From: an uncultured Clostridia bacterium | Lineage (GTDB): Bacteria > Bacillota > Clostridia > Christensenellales > CAMQZB01 | Assembly (NCBI GenBank): GCA_964541255.1 | Contig: CAZIPL010000001.1 | Location: forward strand, 2,432 to 66,431 | DNA: 64,000 bases | Direction: 5' to 3' | Part shown: one piece after another, positions 1-9,714 of the stretch | Position numbering within the stretch: position 1 is the first letter of the stretch | Layout of the letters: every line of letters begins with the position of its first letter | Notes under the pieces: generated by a model | Database searches by the model: none | The model's input: the letters and a program-made list of their open reading frames with translations, nothing else | Told to the model about the DNA's origin: nothing | Program-made: the position numbers and the translations under genes

Positions 1-1485
1 GATATAACGGAATACGTAGAAAAGTGGATGCCCAACTATATGAAGATAGTAAATTCAAACGACGAACTCTACCGTGCTGCATATACCGTTAACGAAAACG
101 GCGAAAAGAGAATGTACGCACTTTGGGGCTGCACGGACGAAGCGCAATATAACTTCGAGGGCTTTTGCTATAGAAGAGACTGGATAGTTAAATACGGTGT
201 CAACCCCTCGACGGGTGAAGCTTTCACAAGCACTATGAACGAAGACGGTACGATGACCGACAACGTAATGTTCCCGTCTTGGTATTCCGACAGTAAGTAT
301 GCGGTAGAGTATAGAGCAAACCACCCCGAATGGGACGGAACCGATCCCGTATTTATTTCCGACTGGGAGTGGATGTTTGGAATTTTCGATAAAGCAAGAG
401 CGGATTTGGGAATCACCGATAAGGGTTATGATATATCTATTTCGTATGTAGGATATTCCGAAACGGGCGATTTGTTCTCGGCTTTCGGCGGCGGAGCTGC
501 AATGTGGAGCTATAACTATTTGACGGGCGAAGTAGAATTCAACGCTACATCCGAGTCTATGAAGTCCTACTTAGAGTGCATGAACACTTGGTATAACAAC
601 GGCTGGCTTGACAAGAAGTTCGCAGAGCGTTCTTCCGATATGTTCTATGATATCGACCACGTAGGCAGAACTAACGGTTATGTCGGAATGTGGCAGGGAA
701 CTCGTTCTGACTTAAGCAGACAGCTTGAATCTTCCGAATATCCTTACACCGAAGGTATCTATGTTTCGGGAGCAAAACAGCCTATCAACGATATTTACGG
801 AGCTGAAAGCACGAAGGGCCACGAGTCTTATTCGAGCTATCAATATGAAGCTCCGACGGTATCCTATATAATCACGGACGCTGCGAAAGATAAGAACTTG
901 GAAGCGCTTTTCACATATCTTGACACGTTCTACGATACGAGCAATGAAAACTATATCACGAGTAACTACGGACTTACCAAAGAACAGTACGAATCTATCG
1001 AAGAGTATCAAGAAAAGGTAAACGGACAGACTTTCCAAGAAAGATGGGGCGTCGATTGCGATTCTTATACGGTTATTGAAAAAGACGGACATAAGTTCTA
1101 TAAATTCAACGACCAATTCCTTGCAGATTCTTCTTTGAGAAACGCCGCTATCGGAAACAGAATATTCCATTACGGCATTTTGTCCGAGTCAAATAATATA
1201 ACGTCTATCGAATACGACGCTGCGGTAAATCAATGGGGTGCATATCCGAATAAGGGCTGGATTTCTAAATCCGTTCAAGCGCTTTTGTCGAGCGAACAAG
1301 CCGACCTTTATGCAAAGACAAGAACCAAGATCAACGACAAAATGGCTGTCGAGATTCCGAAGTTCATCAACGGCAAGTATGATTTAAACGGCGCAGATTG
1401 GGATACTTATTGCAAGACCATCAACAAATTGGGAGCAAAGAAAGTTACCGACGCGTTCCAAGGCGTATACGATTCCTTTAAGTAA
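1..1485 (+). CDS. ABC-transporter extracellular solute-binding lipoprotein, large family-1 type (paralog 1 of 3; 5' end outside window)
   Basis: Frame 1 is open from base 1 (DITEYVEKWMPNYMK...). It is colinear with residues ~170-end of the two downstream paralogs (YNFEGFCYRRDWIVKYGVNPSTGEAF, HPEWDG.DPVFISDWEWMF, NATSESM.SYLEC.NTWY). Stop at 1483-1485. Confidence 0.8.
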   Translation, partial: DITEYVEKWMPNYMKIVNSNDELYRAAYTVNENGEKRMYALWGCTDEAQYNFEGFCYRRDWIVKYGVNPSTGEAFTSTMNEDGTMTDNVMFPSWYSDSKYAVEYRANHPEWDGTDPVFISDWEWMFGIFDKARADLGITDKGYDISISYVGYSETGDLFSAFGGGAAMWSYNYLTGEVEFNATSESMKSYLECMNTWYNNGWLDKKFAERSSDMFYDIDHVGRTNGYVGMWQGTRSDLSRQLESSEYPYTEGIYVSGAKQPINDIYGAESTKGHESYSSYQYEAPTVSYIITDAAKDKNLEALFTYLDTFYDTSNENYITSNYGLTKEQYESIEEYQEKVNGQTFQERWGVDCDSYTVIEKDGHKFYKFNDQFLADSSLRNAAIGNRIFHYGILSESNNITSIEYDAAVNQWGAYPNKGWISKSVQALLSSEQADLYAKTRTKINDKMAVEIPKFINGKYDLNGADWDTYCKTINKLGAKKVTDAFQGVYDSFK

Positions 1486-1531
1486 GATTAGTTTTTCGAG
1501 TGAGTAACGTCGAAACATAGTAACGAAATCA

Positions 1532-1567
1532 AAAAACGCGGTTTGAAAAATCATTCCGCGTTTTTAT
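1532..1567 (+). terminator. Rho-independent terminator after SBP paralog 1
   Basis: aaaaacgcgg / ccgcgttttt stem with a 14-nt loop, followed by a T-run. Confidence 0.7.
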
Positions 1568-1827
1568 ATGGCTTTTTACGATTTAGTTTTTCGATATAAG
1601 CATAGCGCTTTCGCGTTTTGATATTTATCCGAATTCATATCTATTAAAAATCGAAAGCATTAAAAAATGCTTTTAGCGAAATGTCGATTTTATTGTTGGA
1701 AGCAGAAACAAAAACCAAAGATTTGTATGTACTAAAACGGCATTTACCTATTGAACGAATCGCTTTTTTGGTATATAATATAAGAAATCGAAAGGGCGTA
1801 AAGCTCTTGAGAAAAGGAGAATTGAGA

Positions 1828-3696
1828 ATGATGAAAAAAGTATTGTCAGTTGTTTTGTCGGTATTGCTTCTTTGTTTGTCGCTCGTCGGACTTTCCGCTT
1901 GCGGCAATGAGGGAGACGAAAATACGTTTACGTTTCTTATAGATTCACCCGAGGATGCGACGTATTATTCCGACTACAACCAAAATCCCGTAGCGATCTA
2001 CACTCAGCACAACCAGCAATATGCAGGCGTTGATATTAAGATCGAATATAAGCAGCTTATAAACGGCTCGCAGAGAGACCAATATACGACGATGATTTCG
2101 ACGGGCGAATACTACGACGTTATGGGGACGAGTTATTCCCCGTATTCTGCGGCGGCTTTGAACGAAATGGGCATTGCGCTTGAGCTTACCGAATACGTCG
2201 AAAAGTGGATGCCTAATTATATGAAGATTTTGAGCGGAAACGAAAATCTTCAAAAAGTAGCTTATGTCGTTGACGAAAACGGTGAGAAGCATATGTACGC
2301 TCTTTGGGGCTGTACCGACACGGCTCAGTATAACTGGGAGGGCTTTTGCTACAGAAGAGACTGGATCGTTAAGTACGGCGTCAATCCGTCAACAGGCGAA
2401 GCGTTCACTGGCGGATATACCGCAGAACGTGACGCAGAGGGCAAGAACGACGGAGCTTCTTGGGTGGACGACGTCAAGTTTCCGTCTTGGTATTCCGACA
2501 ATAAGTACGCTGTCGAATATAGAGCCAATCACCCCGAATGGGACGGAAGCGATCCCGTATTCATTTCCGACTGGGAATGGATGTTCGAGATTTTCGACAA
2601 AGCAAGAACGGACTTAGGTGTTTTCGATAAGGGATACGACATATCTATTTATTACGTAGGATATATGGCAACGGGCGATTTGTTCTCGGCTTTCGGCGGC
2701 GGCTCTCCGATGTGGAGCTATAACCCTCATACTGGAAACGTAGAGTTCAACGCAACGAGTGAGTCTATGCAGTCATACTTGGAATGCCTCAACACTTGGT
2801 ATGAAAAGGGTTGGCTCGATAAAGCTTTTGCAGAGCATTCTTCCGACATGTTCTATCAGATCGATACCGCAAAGGTATATAACGGCTACATCGGAATGTG
2901 GCAGGGTGGACGTTCTACTTTGGCGGAACAGCTCGAAGAAATAGAGAATGCTCCTTGTACGGAAAATATCTATGTAGCGGGCGCAAAGCAGCCTATCAAC
3001 GACTTATACGGAGTTGAAAGCACAAAGGGTAAAGAGCCTTATTCGAAGTTTGCTATGGAAAGCGTTACGACGGCAATCATCGTTACGGAAGCTGCAAAGG
3101 ATAAGAACTTAGAAGCGCTCTTTACTTATCTCGATTCGTTCTACGATACGAGCAATGAAAACTATATCACGAGTAACTACGGACTTACCAAAGAACAGTA
3201 CGAATCTATCGAAGAGTATCAAGAAAAGGTAAACGGACAAACCTTCCAGGAAAGATTCGGAATCCAAGACGGCAGCTATACAACCTATGAAAAAGACGGT
3301 ATGACCGTCTATAAACCTGTCGACGCTCGTCTTTACGACAGCTCCTTAGGAAACGCTTCGAAAGGTAACAGAATGTTCAGATACGCAATCATCGCCGAAT
3401 GCGACGAGTTGACGGCAAACATCTATGATTCCGTAGTAAATCAATGGGAAGCATACCCCAATAAGGGCTATATCCAAGGCTCGATAACCTCGCTTCTTAC
3501 GACGGAACAGGCTGATGCGTACTCCAAGACCAACAGCAAAATCAACGATAAAATGTCGGTTGAAATTCCGAAGTTCATCAACGGAACGTATGATATATAC
3601 GGTGCCGATTGGGATACGTTCTGCAAGACTATAAACAAGATGGGACATTCTAAGATTACGGGTTACTTGCAAGCAATCTACGATTCTTTTAAGTAA
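1828..3696 (+). CDS. ABC-transporter extracellular solute-binding lipoprotein (paralog 2 of 3)
   Basis: ATG 1828 lies 7 nt after RBS aaaggaga. Lipoprotein signal MMKKVLSVVLSVLLLCLSLVGLSAC (lipobox LSAC). The upstream part of ORF 1681.. has no RBS and is not conserved. Homologous to paralogs 1 and 3 along its whole length. Confidence 0.85.
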   Translation: MMKKVLSVVLSVLLLCLSLVGLSACGNEGDENTFTFLIDSPEDATYYSDYNQNPVAIYTQHNQQYAGVDIKIEYKQLINGSQRDQYTTMISTGEYYDVMGTSYSPYSAAALNEMGIALELTEYVEKWMPNYMKILSGNENLQKVAYVVDENGEKHMYALWGCTDTAQYNWEGFCYRRDWIVKYGVNPSTGEAFTGGYTAERDAEGKNDGASWVDDVKFPSWYSDNKYAVEYRANHPEWDGSDPVFISDWEWMFEIFDKARTDLGVFDKGYDISIYYVGYMATGDLFSAFGGGSPMWSYNPHTGNVEFNATSESMQSYLECLNTWYEKGWLDKAFAEHSSDMFYQIDTAKVYNGYIGMWQGGRSTLAEQLEEIENAPCTENIYVAGAKQPINDLYGVESTKGKEPYSKFAMESVTTAIIVTEAAKDKNLEALFTYLDSFYDTSNENYITSNYGLTKEQYESIEEYQEKVNGQTFQERFGIQDGSYTTYEKDGMTVYKPVDARLYDSSLGNASKGNRMFRYAIIAECDELTANIYDSVVNQWEAYPNKGYIQGSITSLLTTEQADAYSKTNSKINDKMSVEIPKFINGTYDIYGADWDTFCKTINKMGHSKITGYLQAIYDSFK

Positions 3697-3851
3697 GATT
3701 CTTTTTTTCGAAAATATGTTTTTCAAGAAAAAACATTGATTGTCAAGCAAAATGTTTTCAAATTCTTTTTTGAAAAATAATTGCGATACGTTTTTTGCTG
3801 TGATAAAAAGCAATAGGCAAAGATAAACATAAAGAAAAAATAATAAACATG

Positions 3852-3882
3852 AAAACGCGACTTTTTTAAGCCGCGTTTTTTA
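3852..3882 (+). terminator. Rho-independent terminator after SBP paralog 2
   Basis: aaaacgcg / cgcgtttt stem followed by tttt. Confidence 0.6.
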
Positions 3883-4173
3883 TGTCGTATGGAATTTTTT
3901 TTAAAATCTATTTTGAAGACAAGTGGCGTTTGCGAGTTTCCGCATTTTGCTTTATTGTAATTTGATAATATAATTTACGAAAAGTATTCAAAGACATAAT
4001 TGCAAAATAAAAAAATACGTGCATTTATATCAAAAAAGAAATATAATATCGATTTTTTGTTGTTTTTATGATATGGATGGTGGAAAAGATGTTTACTACA
4101 ATTCGATTTGTACCCTATAGTGGCTTTAATAAAAGAGGCTAAATGTTTCTTGAAAGGGAAAGGAGAATTTACG

Positions 4174-6042
4174 ATGATGAAAAAAATAATTGCGGTCGTA
4201 TTGTCGGTGTTACTTCTTTGTTTGTCGCTTGCAGTGCTATCTTCTTGCAGCGATAAAGAGGACGAGAATACATTCACGTGGCTTATTGAAAACTCGGAGG
4301 ATACGACGTATTATTCCGATTACAACCAAAACCCCGTAGCGATTTTCGCTCAACACAACCAGCAATATGCCGGCGTAGACGTCACGATCGATTACAAACA
4401 GCTTGTTAAAGGCTCTGAAAAGGATCAATATACGACTATGGTATCGACGGGCGAATACTACGACGTTATGGGTACGAGCTTCGCGCCTTATTCGCCTCTT
4501 GCGATGTACGATATGGGAATCGTTATGGATATAACGGAATACGTCGAAAACTATATGCCTAACTATATGAAGCTTATCGAAGAAAACGATGCGCTTCATC
4601 AGGTTGCGTATTGTAAAGACGCAGACGGCAATAAGATTATTTTGCAGCTATACGGCGTTAGCGACATCCCGGGATATAATTTCTGCGGCTATTGTTATCG
4701 TCGCGATTGGTTGGTAAAATACGGCGTAAATCCGTCAACAGGCGAAGCGTTCACGGGCGGATATACCGCAGAACGCGATGCCGAAGGCAATAACGATCCT
4801 TCTTCTTGGACGGACAACGTTATGTTTCCGTCTTGGTACTCGGATAGTAAGTATGTTACGGAATATAAAGCTAACCATCCCGAATGGGACGGAAGCGAGC
4901 CTATCTTCATTTCCGATTGGGAGTGGATGTTCGAGATTTTTGATAAAGCAAGAGAGGCTTTGGGTGTCTTCGATCAAGGTTACGATATATCGATTTCATA
5001 TACAGGATATATGTTTATGGGGAATTTGTACTCTTCTTTCGGCGGCGGAGCTCCTACTTGGAGTTATAACAAAGAAAACGGTGAAGTTGAATTCAACGCA
5101 ACGAGTGATTCGATGAAAGCCTACTTGGAATGCCTCAATACTTGGTATGAAAAGGGCTGGCTCGATAACGCGTTTGCAGAACACGCTTCCGATATGTTCT
5201 ATAAGATCGATACGACAAAGGTATATGGCGGTTATGTCGGAATGTGGCTTGGAAATCGCTCGACGTTGGCTCATCAGCTCGAGGAAAAAGATATTTATCC
5301 CGCGACCGAAGATATTTTTGTTGCAGGTGCGCCGTATCCCATTAACGATATTTACGGAAACGAAGATTGCAAAGGAAGCGAACCTGATGCGATGTATCAG
5401 TTCGAATGCACGGTTACTTCGATCGTCGTAACGGAAAGTGCAAAGGATAAAAACTTGGAAGCGCTCTTTACCTATCTCGATACTTTCTATGATCCGGATC
5501 ACCCAAACTATATCGCAAAGAATTACGGGCTGACGAAAGAGCAATATGAGTTTATCGAAGAGTATCAAGAAAAAATTGACGGACAGACTTTCCAGGAAAG
5601 ATTCGGCATAAACGAAGACTCTTATACTATAACGGAAAAGGACGGTCATAGATACTTTGTTTTCTCGGAAACGCTTTTTAATGATCCTAATTTAAGAAAC
5701 GCCGCAATCGGCAACAGATTGAATAGTTACTCGATTGCCTCCGAAAATACGAATATGTCCGATTGGGAATATCATTCCGTTGCGGAAATGTGGGATAAAT
5801 ATATAAACACCGCATATATTCAAGACTCGTTTACGGATCTTCTTTCAACGGAAAAGAGTGCTGCATATTCTAAGATAAGTACTAAGGTCAATGAAAAAAT
5901 GTCTGTCGAGCTTCCGAAATTTATCAACGGCACATATGATGTGAATAGCGCCGATTGGGATACTTACGTTAAGACCATCAACAAAATGGGACATGAAAAG
6001 ATAACGGGCTATTTGCAAGAAGTTTATGATTCGCTCAACTAA
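4174..6042 (+). CDS. ABC-transporter extracellular solute-binding lipoprotein (paralog 3 of 3)
   Basis: ATG 4174 follows RBS aaaggaga. Signal MMKKIIAVVLSVLLLCLSLAVLSSC (lipobox LSSC). Homologous to paralogs 1 and 2. Confidence 0.85.
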   Translation: MMKKIIAVVLSVLLLCLSLAVLSSCSDKEDENTFTWLIENSEDTTYYSDYNQNPVAIFAQHNQQYAGVDVTIDYKQLVKGSEKDQYTTMVSTGEYYDVMGTSFAPYSPLAMYDMGIVMDITEYVENYMPNYMKLIEENDALHQVAYCKDADGNKIILQLYGVSDIPGYNFCGYCYRRDWLVKYGVNPSTGEAFTGGYTAERDAEGNNDPSSWTDNVMFPSWYSDSKYVTEYKANHPEWDGSEPIFISDWEWMFEIFDKAREALGVFDQGYDISISYTGYMFMGNLYSSFGGGAPTWSYNKENGEVEFNATSDSMKAYLECLNTWYEKGWLDNAFAEHASDMFYKIDTTKVYGGYVGMWLGNRSTLAHQLEEKDIYPATEDIFVAGAPYPINDIYGNEDCKGSEPDAMYQFECTVTSIVVTESAKDKNLEALFTYLDTFYDPDHPNYIAKNYGLTKEQYEFIEEYQEKIDGQTFQERFGINEDSYTITEKDGHRYFVFSETLFNDPNLRNAAIGNRLNSYSIASENTNMSDWEYHSVAEMWDKYINTAYIQDSFTDLLSTEKSAAYSKISTKVNEKMSVELPKFINGTYDVNSADWDTYVKTINKMGHEKITGYLQEVYDSLN

Positions 6043-6093
6043 AAAATCAGAAAGTTTGCGGTTCTGAGAATCTTTATCGCAAAACTCCCTATA

Positions 6094-6124
6094 AAAAACA
6101 AGGCAAGATCTTGCCTTGTTTTTA
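6094..6124. terminator. Bidirectional intrinsic terminator between convergent genes
   Basis: aacaaggcaag / cttgccttgtt stem flanked by an A-run upstream and a T-run downstream. Confidence 0.8.
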
Positions 6125-6301
6125 TATTGTGCTAGGGGAATTATACTATTAAGTGCAACTCTTATGGAGAAAAAAGTTAAATAGTGTAATTGCAACGATA
6201 GTTATGTGCCGATTTTTCGAAATTGATAAAAACATAATAAAAAGGAGAGCTTCCCCAAAGTTCTCCTATAAGTAATATTCATTGTGCGATTGCGACGATT
6301 A

Positions 6302-7570
6302 TCAAGCTTTTGCTTTTTCGAGCTTGAAAAGCTCTTCCGTTGCAAGACGCGTTTTCGCAACGACGTCGCCGCAGTTTTTCGGGAAACAATAATACATTTC
6401 CTTGCCGTTTCCTATGCAAATCATATCGCCTATTTCGTACCAATAATAGTCTGAATAGAGGGAATAGGAGCTTGCCGGCTTTTGGGAATAGTTTATCTTT
6501 CCGTCGCATCCGACAAGGTTGAAACCGCTCTTGTCGTGCGTAAGAACGCCGCTACCGACTTTGCAAATCGAATCGGTGTTGACGAGCATATAAATATCTA
6601 CGTCGGCTTTTAGAAAGTATGTTCCCGAAAGCAATTCTTCCTTGACGCATTGCCTTTCCCACGAATACCAGTCGGGAATGTGGTCATATTCCGTTTCGCC
6701 CTCTATGGCTTTCAAAAAGCCGTATTCTGTAAGCTCATAAGTCTTTCCGCACGCGTTGCACTTTACCGTCGTGTCGCTACCCACCATAAAGCCCTCTTTG
6801 CCGCAATGCGGGCATTTATATAAAACTCTGTTGAGACCTTCGGCTCTGAACGGCTCGTCGATTTTGACATTGTTTTCTTGCTGCCAGCGGAAGTTGTCGA
6901 ACGTGAATTCTTCTTTGAGTCTTTCGTTTATTTCCGAAACGCTCGCTTTTTCAAGATCTTCGGGAGAAAAGATATAGCTTATGTCTGCTGATACGTTGAC
7001 TTTTCTAAGCTTTAAGTTATTATAAAGCGGATCTCTCGAAAACGCGCCGTAGGTTTTTACCATAACGACAGGCACTTTCATAAGTTTAAGGCATTTGCCT
7101 ACACCCTCGGGAAGAGGGGTTGCCGTCCCGTCGAAAGAATAGCTTGCTTCGGGATACATAAGTATCGAGCTTTTAAGCGTTTTAAGGCAATAATGTATGT
7201 TTTTAACGAGGTTTATGTCGGAGATGAACTTGTTTGTCGGAACGCAGCCTAAGTTCCTCATAAGCCAATATTTGCCTACGAAACCGTCGTAGGTGCAAAC
7301 TATGTTTAATGGCCTTGGGTAAAAAACCGAAGTCGCGATTTTAAGGTCGATAAAAGAGGAGTGGTTCATAAGAATTATGCAAGGCTCGTCGTCGGCAAGC
7401 TTTTCCATTCCGAATTCTCTATAAGAAAAATTCGTCGCTTTAAGGTCTGCAAAAGACACTACCTTAAGAAGCGTTCTAAATAAAATATTCGGCTTTTTCG
7501 GTACGAATAAGTCGTTTTTCGCTAACGCTAAAACCTCCTCGAGGCTCTTTTCGCTTTTTTTGATTTTCAT
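6302..7570 (-). CDS. PlsC-family (lysophospholipid-type) acyltransferase with internal zinc ribbon and C-terminal domain of unknown function
   Basis: HX4D acyltransferase motif NHSSFID. Zinc ribbon CPHCG..x..CNACG. Same architecture as the 51501..52670 paralog. Confidence 0.7.
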   Translation of the reverse strand: MKIKKSEKSLEEVLALAKNDLFVPKKPNILFRTLLKVVSFADLKATNFSYREFGMEKLADDEPCIILMNHSSFIDLKIATSVFYPRPLNIVCTYDGFVGKYWLMRNLGCVPTNKFISDINLVKNIHYCLKTLKSSILMYPEASYSFDGTATPLPEGVGKCLKLMKVPVVMVKTYGAFSRDPLYNNLKLRKVNVSADISYIFSPEDLEKASVSEINERLKEEFTFDNFRWQQENNVKIDEPFRAEGLNRVLYKCPHCGKEGFMVGSDTTVKCNACGKTYELTEYGFLKAIEGETEYDHIPDWYSWERQCVKEELLSGTYFLKADVDIYMLVNTDSICKVGSGVLTHDKSGFNLVGCDGKINYSQKPASSYSLYSDYYWYEIGDMICIGNGKEMYYCFPKNCGDVVAKTRLATEELFKLEKAKA

Positions 7571-7960
7571 TATTTTCTCCTAAATATCCCTTTATTATAG
7601 TGCGTCGAAACATTAAGAAGTTTCTGTAAAACGAACAATTTGCCGACTTTGTTCATTATATCATTAAACCGTGTTTCTTGCAAGAGAAAACGCATAAAAA
7701 GCACGATAATATAAAAATAAGGCCTTTTTCTTTCGACAAAATGCGTTTTTTCTTCAAAAAAAGTGTTTCGCAACCGATAGTTGCGGAAAATTCAAACTAA
7801 AATCGGTGGACTATCAAAGATGTAAATGCTAAAATACAGTCATAAAACAAGTCGCGGAAATGTCGTAGAAAAGTTTTAAGGAATATCTTTACGACGAACG
7901 TTTTCCGCAAAAGCGATTTAGTACTAAAAGCAAAGAAATAAATAGTTGAGGAGACAAGAA

Positions 7961-8830
7961 ATGACAGTAGATATTGCCGACAGACTTGCGGCACTAAGAA
8001 AAGCTCACGGATATTCGCAAGAAGAGCTTGCGGACAAAATAGGCGTTTCGAGACAAGCCATCTCGAAGTGGGAAAGAACGGAATCGAGCCCCGATACCGA
8101 TAACCTTATTGCGCTTGCGAACCTATACGGAGTGTCATTAGACGAACTTTTGGGAAGAGCGAAAGACGACTCGGGCGAGCAGGTTTTCGGAGAAGATTCG
8201 AAAATAAACACTTCGGAAAATTCCGACGAAGATTATATCGAGCTTGATTTGGATAATTTAGGCGATTCGATAAAAAACACTATTAAAAGCGAAATCAAGA
8301 AAGAATCGAAAAACGTAAATGTAAGCATAAACAAAAGAACCAATCTCGAGGATGTCGTCATTCCCGCAGTATCTATTGCAGCGCTTATTGCATATTTGAT
8401 TCTCGGTTTCACGGTAGAGCGCGGTTGGGCTGTATACTGGACGCTGTTTATTCTTGTTCCGGTATTCGGTTCTCTTGCAGACGCTATAGATAGCCGCGAC
8501 GCGGAAGATTTTTGCTTTCCCGCACTCGTAGCATTCATATACTTTTTCGGCGGAATGTATTGGGGACTATGGCATCCTTATTGGATAGAGTTTGTTACCG
8601 TTCCTATATATTATTTAACCGTCGAATTGATTAACAAAGCAATCAAAAAGAAAAAGAACAATGGCGAAATTGACGAAAACGACGATGAAGATGATGACGA
8701 CGAAAACCATGTCGTCAGAATTATGAAAGGTAAAGGTAACGTCGTTATCACAAAGGGGAAAGGAGATAAATATGTCAGAGTCGATGTTCCCGGTGTAAAA
8801 ATCGAAGTCGAAAAATCCGACGAAGATTGA
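7961..8830 (+). CDS. XRE-family HTH regulator fused to a multi-pass membrane domain and a highly charged C-terminal tail
   Basis: ATG 7961 lies 8 nt after gaggag. N-terminus LRKAHGYSQEELADKIGVSRQAISKWERTES (HTH_3). About 4 hydrophobic helices (VVIPAVSIAALIAYLILGF..., VYWTLFILVPVFG..., FPALVAFIYFFGG..., FVTVPIYYL). Tail NDDEDDDDENHV...KGKGD. Confidence 0.75.
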   Translation: MTVDIADRLAALRKAHGYSQEELADKIGVSRQAISKWERTESSPDTDNLIALANLYGVSLDELLGRAKDDSGEQVFGEDSKINTSENSDEDYIELDLDNLGDSIKNTIKSEIKKESKNVNVSINKRTNLEDVVIPAVSIAALIAYLILGFTVERGWAVYWTLFILVPVFGSLADAIDSRDAEDFCFPALVAFIYFFGGMYWGLWHPYWIEFVTVPIYYLTVELINKAIKKKKNNGEIDENDDEDDDDENHVVRIMKGKGNVVITKGKGDKYVRVDVPGVKIEVEKSDED

Positions 8831-8848
8831 GAAGGAAACTAAAATAAT

Positions 8849-8879
8849 AACACCGCTTTTTTCAAGCGGTGTTGTTTTA
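8849..8879. terminator. Bidirectional intrinsic terminator
   Basis: aacaccgctt / aagcggtgtt stem with an A-rich 5' flank and a T-rich 3' flank. Confidence 0.75.
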
Positions 8880-8957
8880 TGTTTAATAGTATTTAGAAAG
8901 TATAATACGGATTTTGTAAATTGATTTAGGAGCACGACTTCCAATTGATAAGATATA

Positions 8958-9098
8958 CTAATTGTTGTCGTTTTCTAAGCTTTTTTCAATGCTCGCAAAT
9001 GCCGATTCCAAAGAATCGTACTCTTTCTTGAATTCTTCGGATTCGAGCTGCTTTTTCAAAAACTCGTCGAACTTTAATAGCTTATCGAACTTATCCAT
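8958..9098 (-). CDS. Candidate small ORF (46 aa) downstream of tetR, not in the supplied ORF track
   Basis: MDKFDKLLKFDEFLKKQLESEEFKKEYDSLESAFASIEKSLENDNN. It starts 13 nt after the tetR stop and fills the gap between tetR and the 8849-8879 terminator. RBS is weak. The EFKKEYDSLE..F motif resembles N-terminal segments of small XRE/antitoxin-like proteins (from memory, unverified). Confidence 0.3.
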   Translation of the reverse strand: MDKFDKLLKFDEFLKKQLESEEFKKEYDSLESAFASIEKSLENDNN

Positions 9099-9111
9099 AT
9101 CTATTTCGTGC

Positions 9112-9714
9112 TTATTTCTTAAACAAAGATTCTCTTCCCGAAACGGTGCATTTTTCGATTATAGAAGAAATTTCTTCGATCGATTCTTTGCAGTCGTTTT
9201 CGATCCACCTAGAAACGATTGCCGAGCAACCGTTTAGGTAAAAATCCATCATATATCTTCTGTCGCTTTTGGGGACGTCGAATTTTTCGAGAATTGGGTC
9301 GAATACTTGATTGAACATTTTTCCGTAAGACGAAGCTACGTTGAATCTTTGCGGGTGCTTGATTGTCGCAAGGAATACGCGTTTGTGTTCCTTGACAAAA
9401 TTAAGGTACGGCGAAAGATACTCCGGCGTTACGAGCATAAGCTCGCTTGTGTTTGCCGAAGCGATTTTTTCGACAAAAGCGTCTTCGTCGTTTTTGAAGT
9501 AGGACATAAAGACGTTCGACATATAATCCATGCTTTCTTCCAAAAGATCGTAGGTATTGTCGTAATGAAGATAAAACGTCGAGCGGTTTACGTTAGCTTC
9601 CGCGCAAACGTCCTTGACCGAAATGAAGTCGAGGTCCTTGTTTTCGAGAAGCTTAATAAGCGCTTCGTCCATTTTTTTTGCGGTATTAAAATATTTGCTT
9701 TCCGATTTATTCAA
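9112..9714 (-). CDS. TetR/AcrR-family transcriptional regulator
   Basis: N-terminal HTH ISVKDVCAEANVNRSTFYLHYDNTYDLL; 200 aa; start overlaps the upstream gene's stop by 8 nt. Confidence 0.85.
   Translation of the reverse strand: MNKSESKYFNTAKKMDEALIKLLENKDLDFISVKDVCAEANVNRSTFYLHYDNTYDLLEESMDYMSNVFMSYFKNDEDAFVEKIASANTSELMLVTPEYLSPYLNFVKEHKRVFLATIKHPQRFNVASSYGKMFNQVFDPILEKFDVPKSDRRYMMDFYLNGCSAIVSRWIENDCKESIEEISSIIEKCTVSGRESLFKK

Noticed and set aside
1681-1827. N-terminal extensions of track ORFs (1681, 4108, 7946, 17639, 38948/39219, 42160, 41959)
   Set aside because: Internal ATGs preceded by GGAGG-type RBSs give canonical signal peptides or family N-termini. The upstream extensions have no RBS and run through promoter/terminator sequence.
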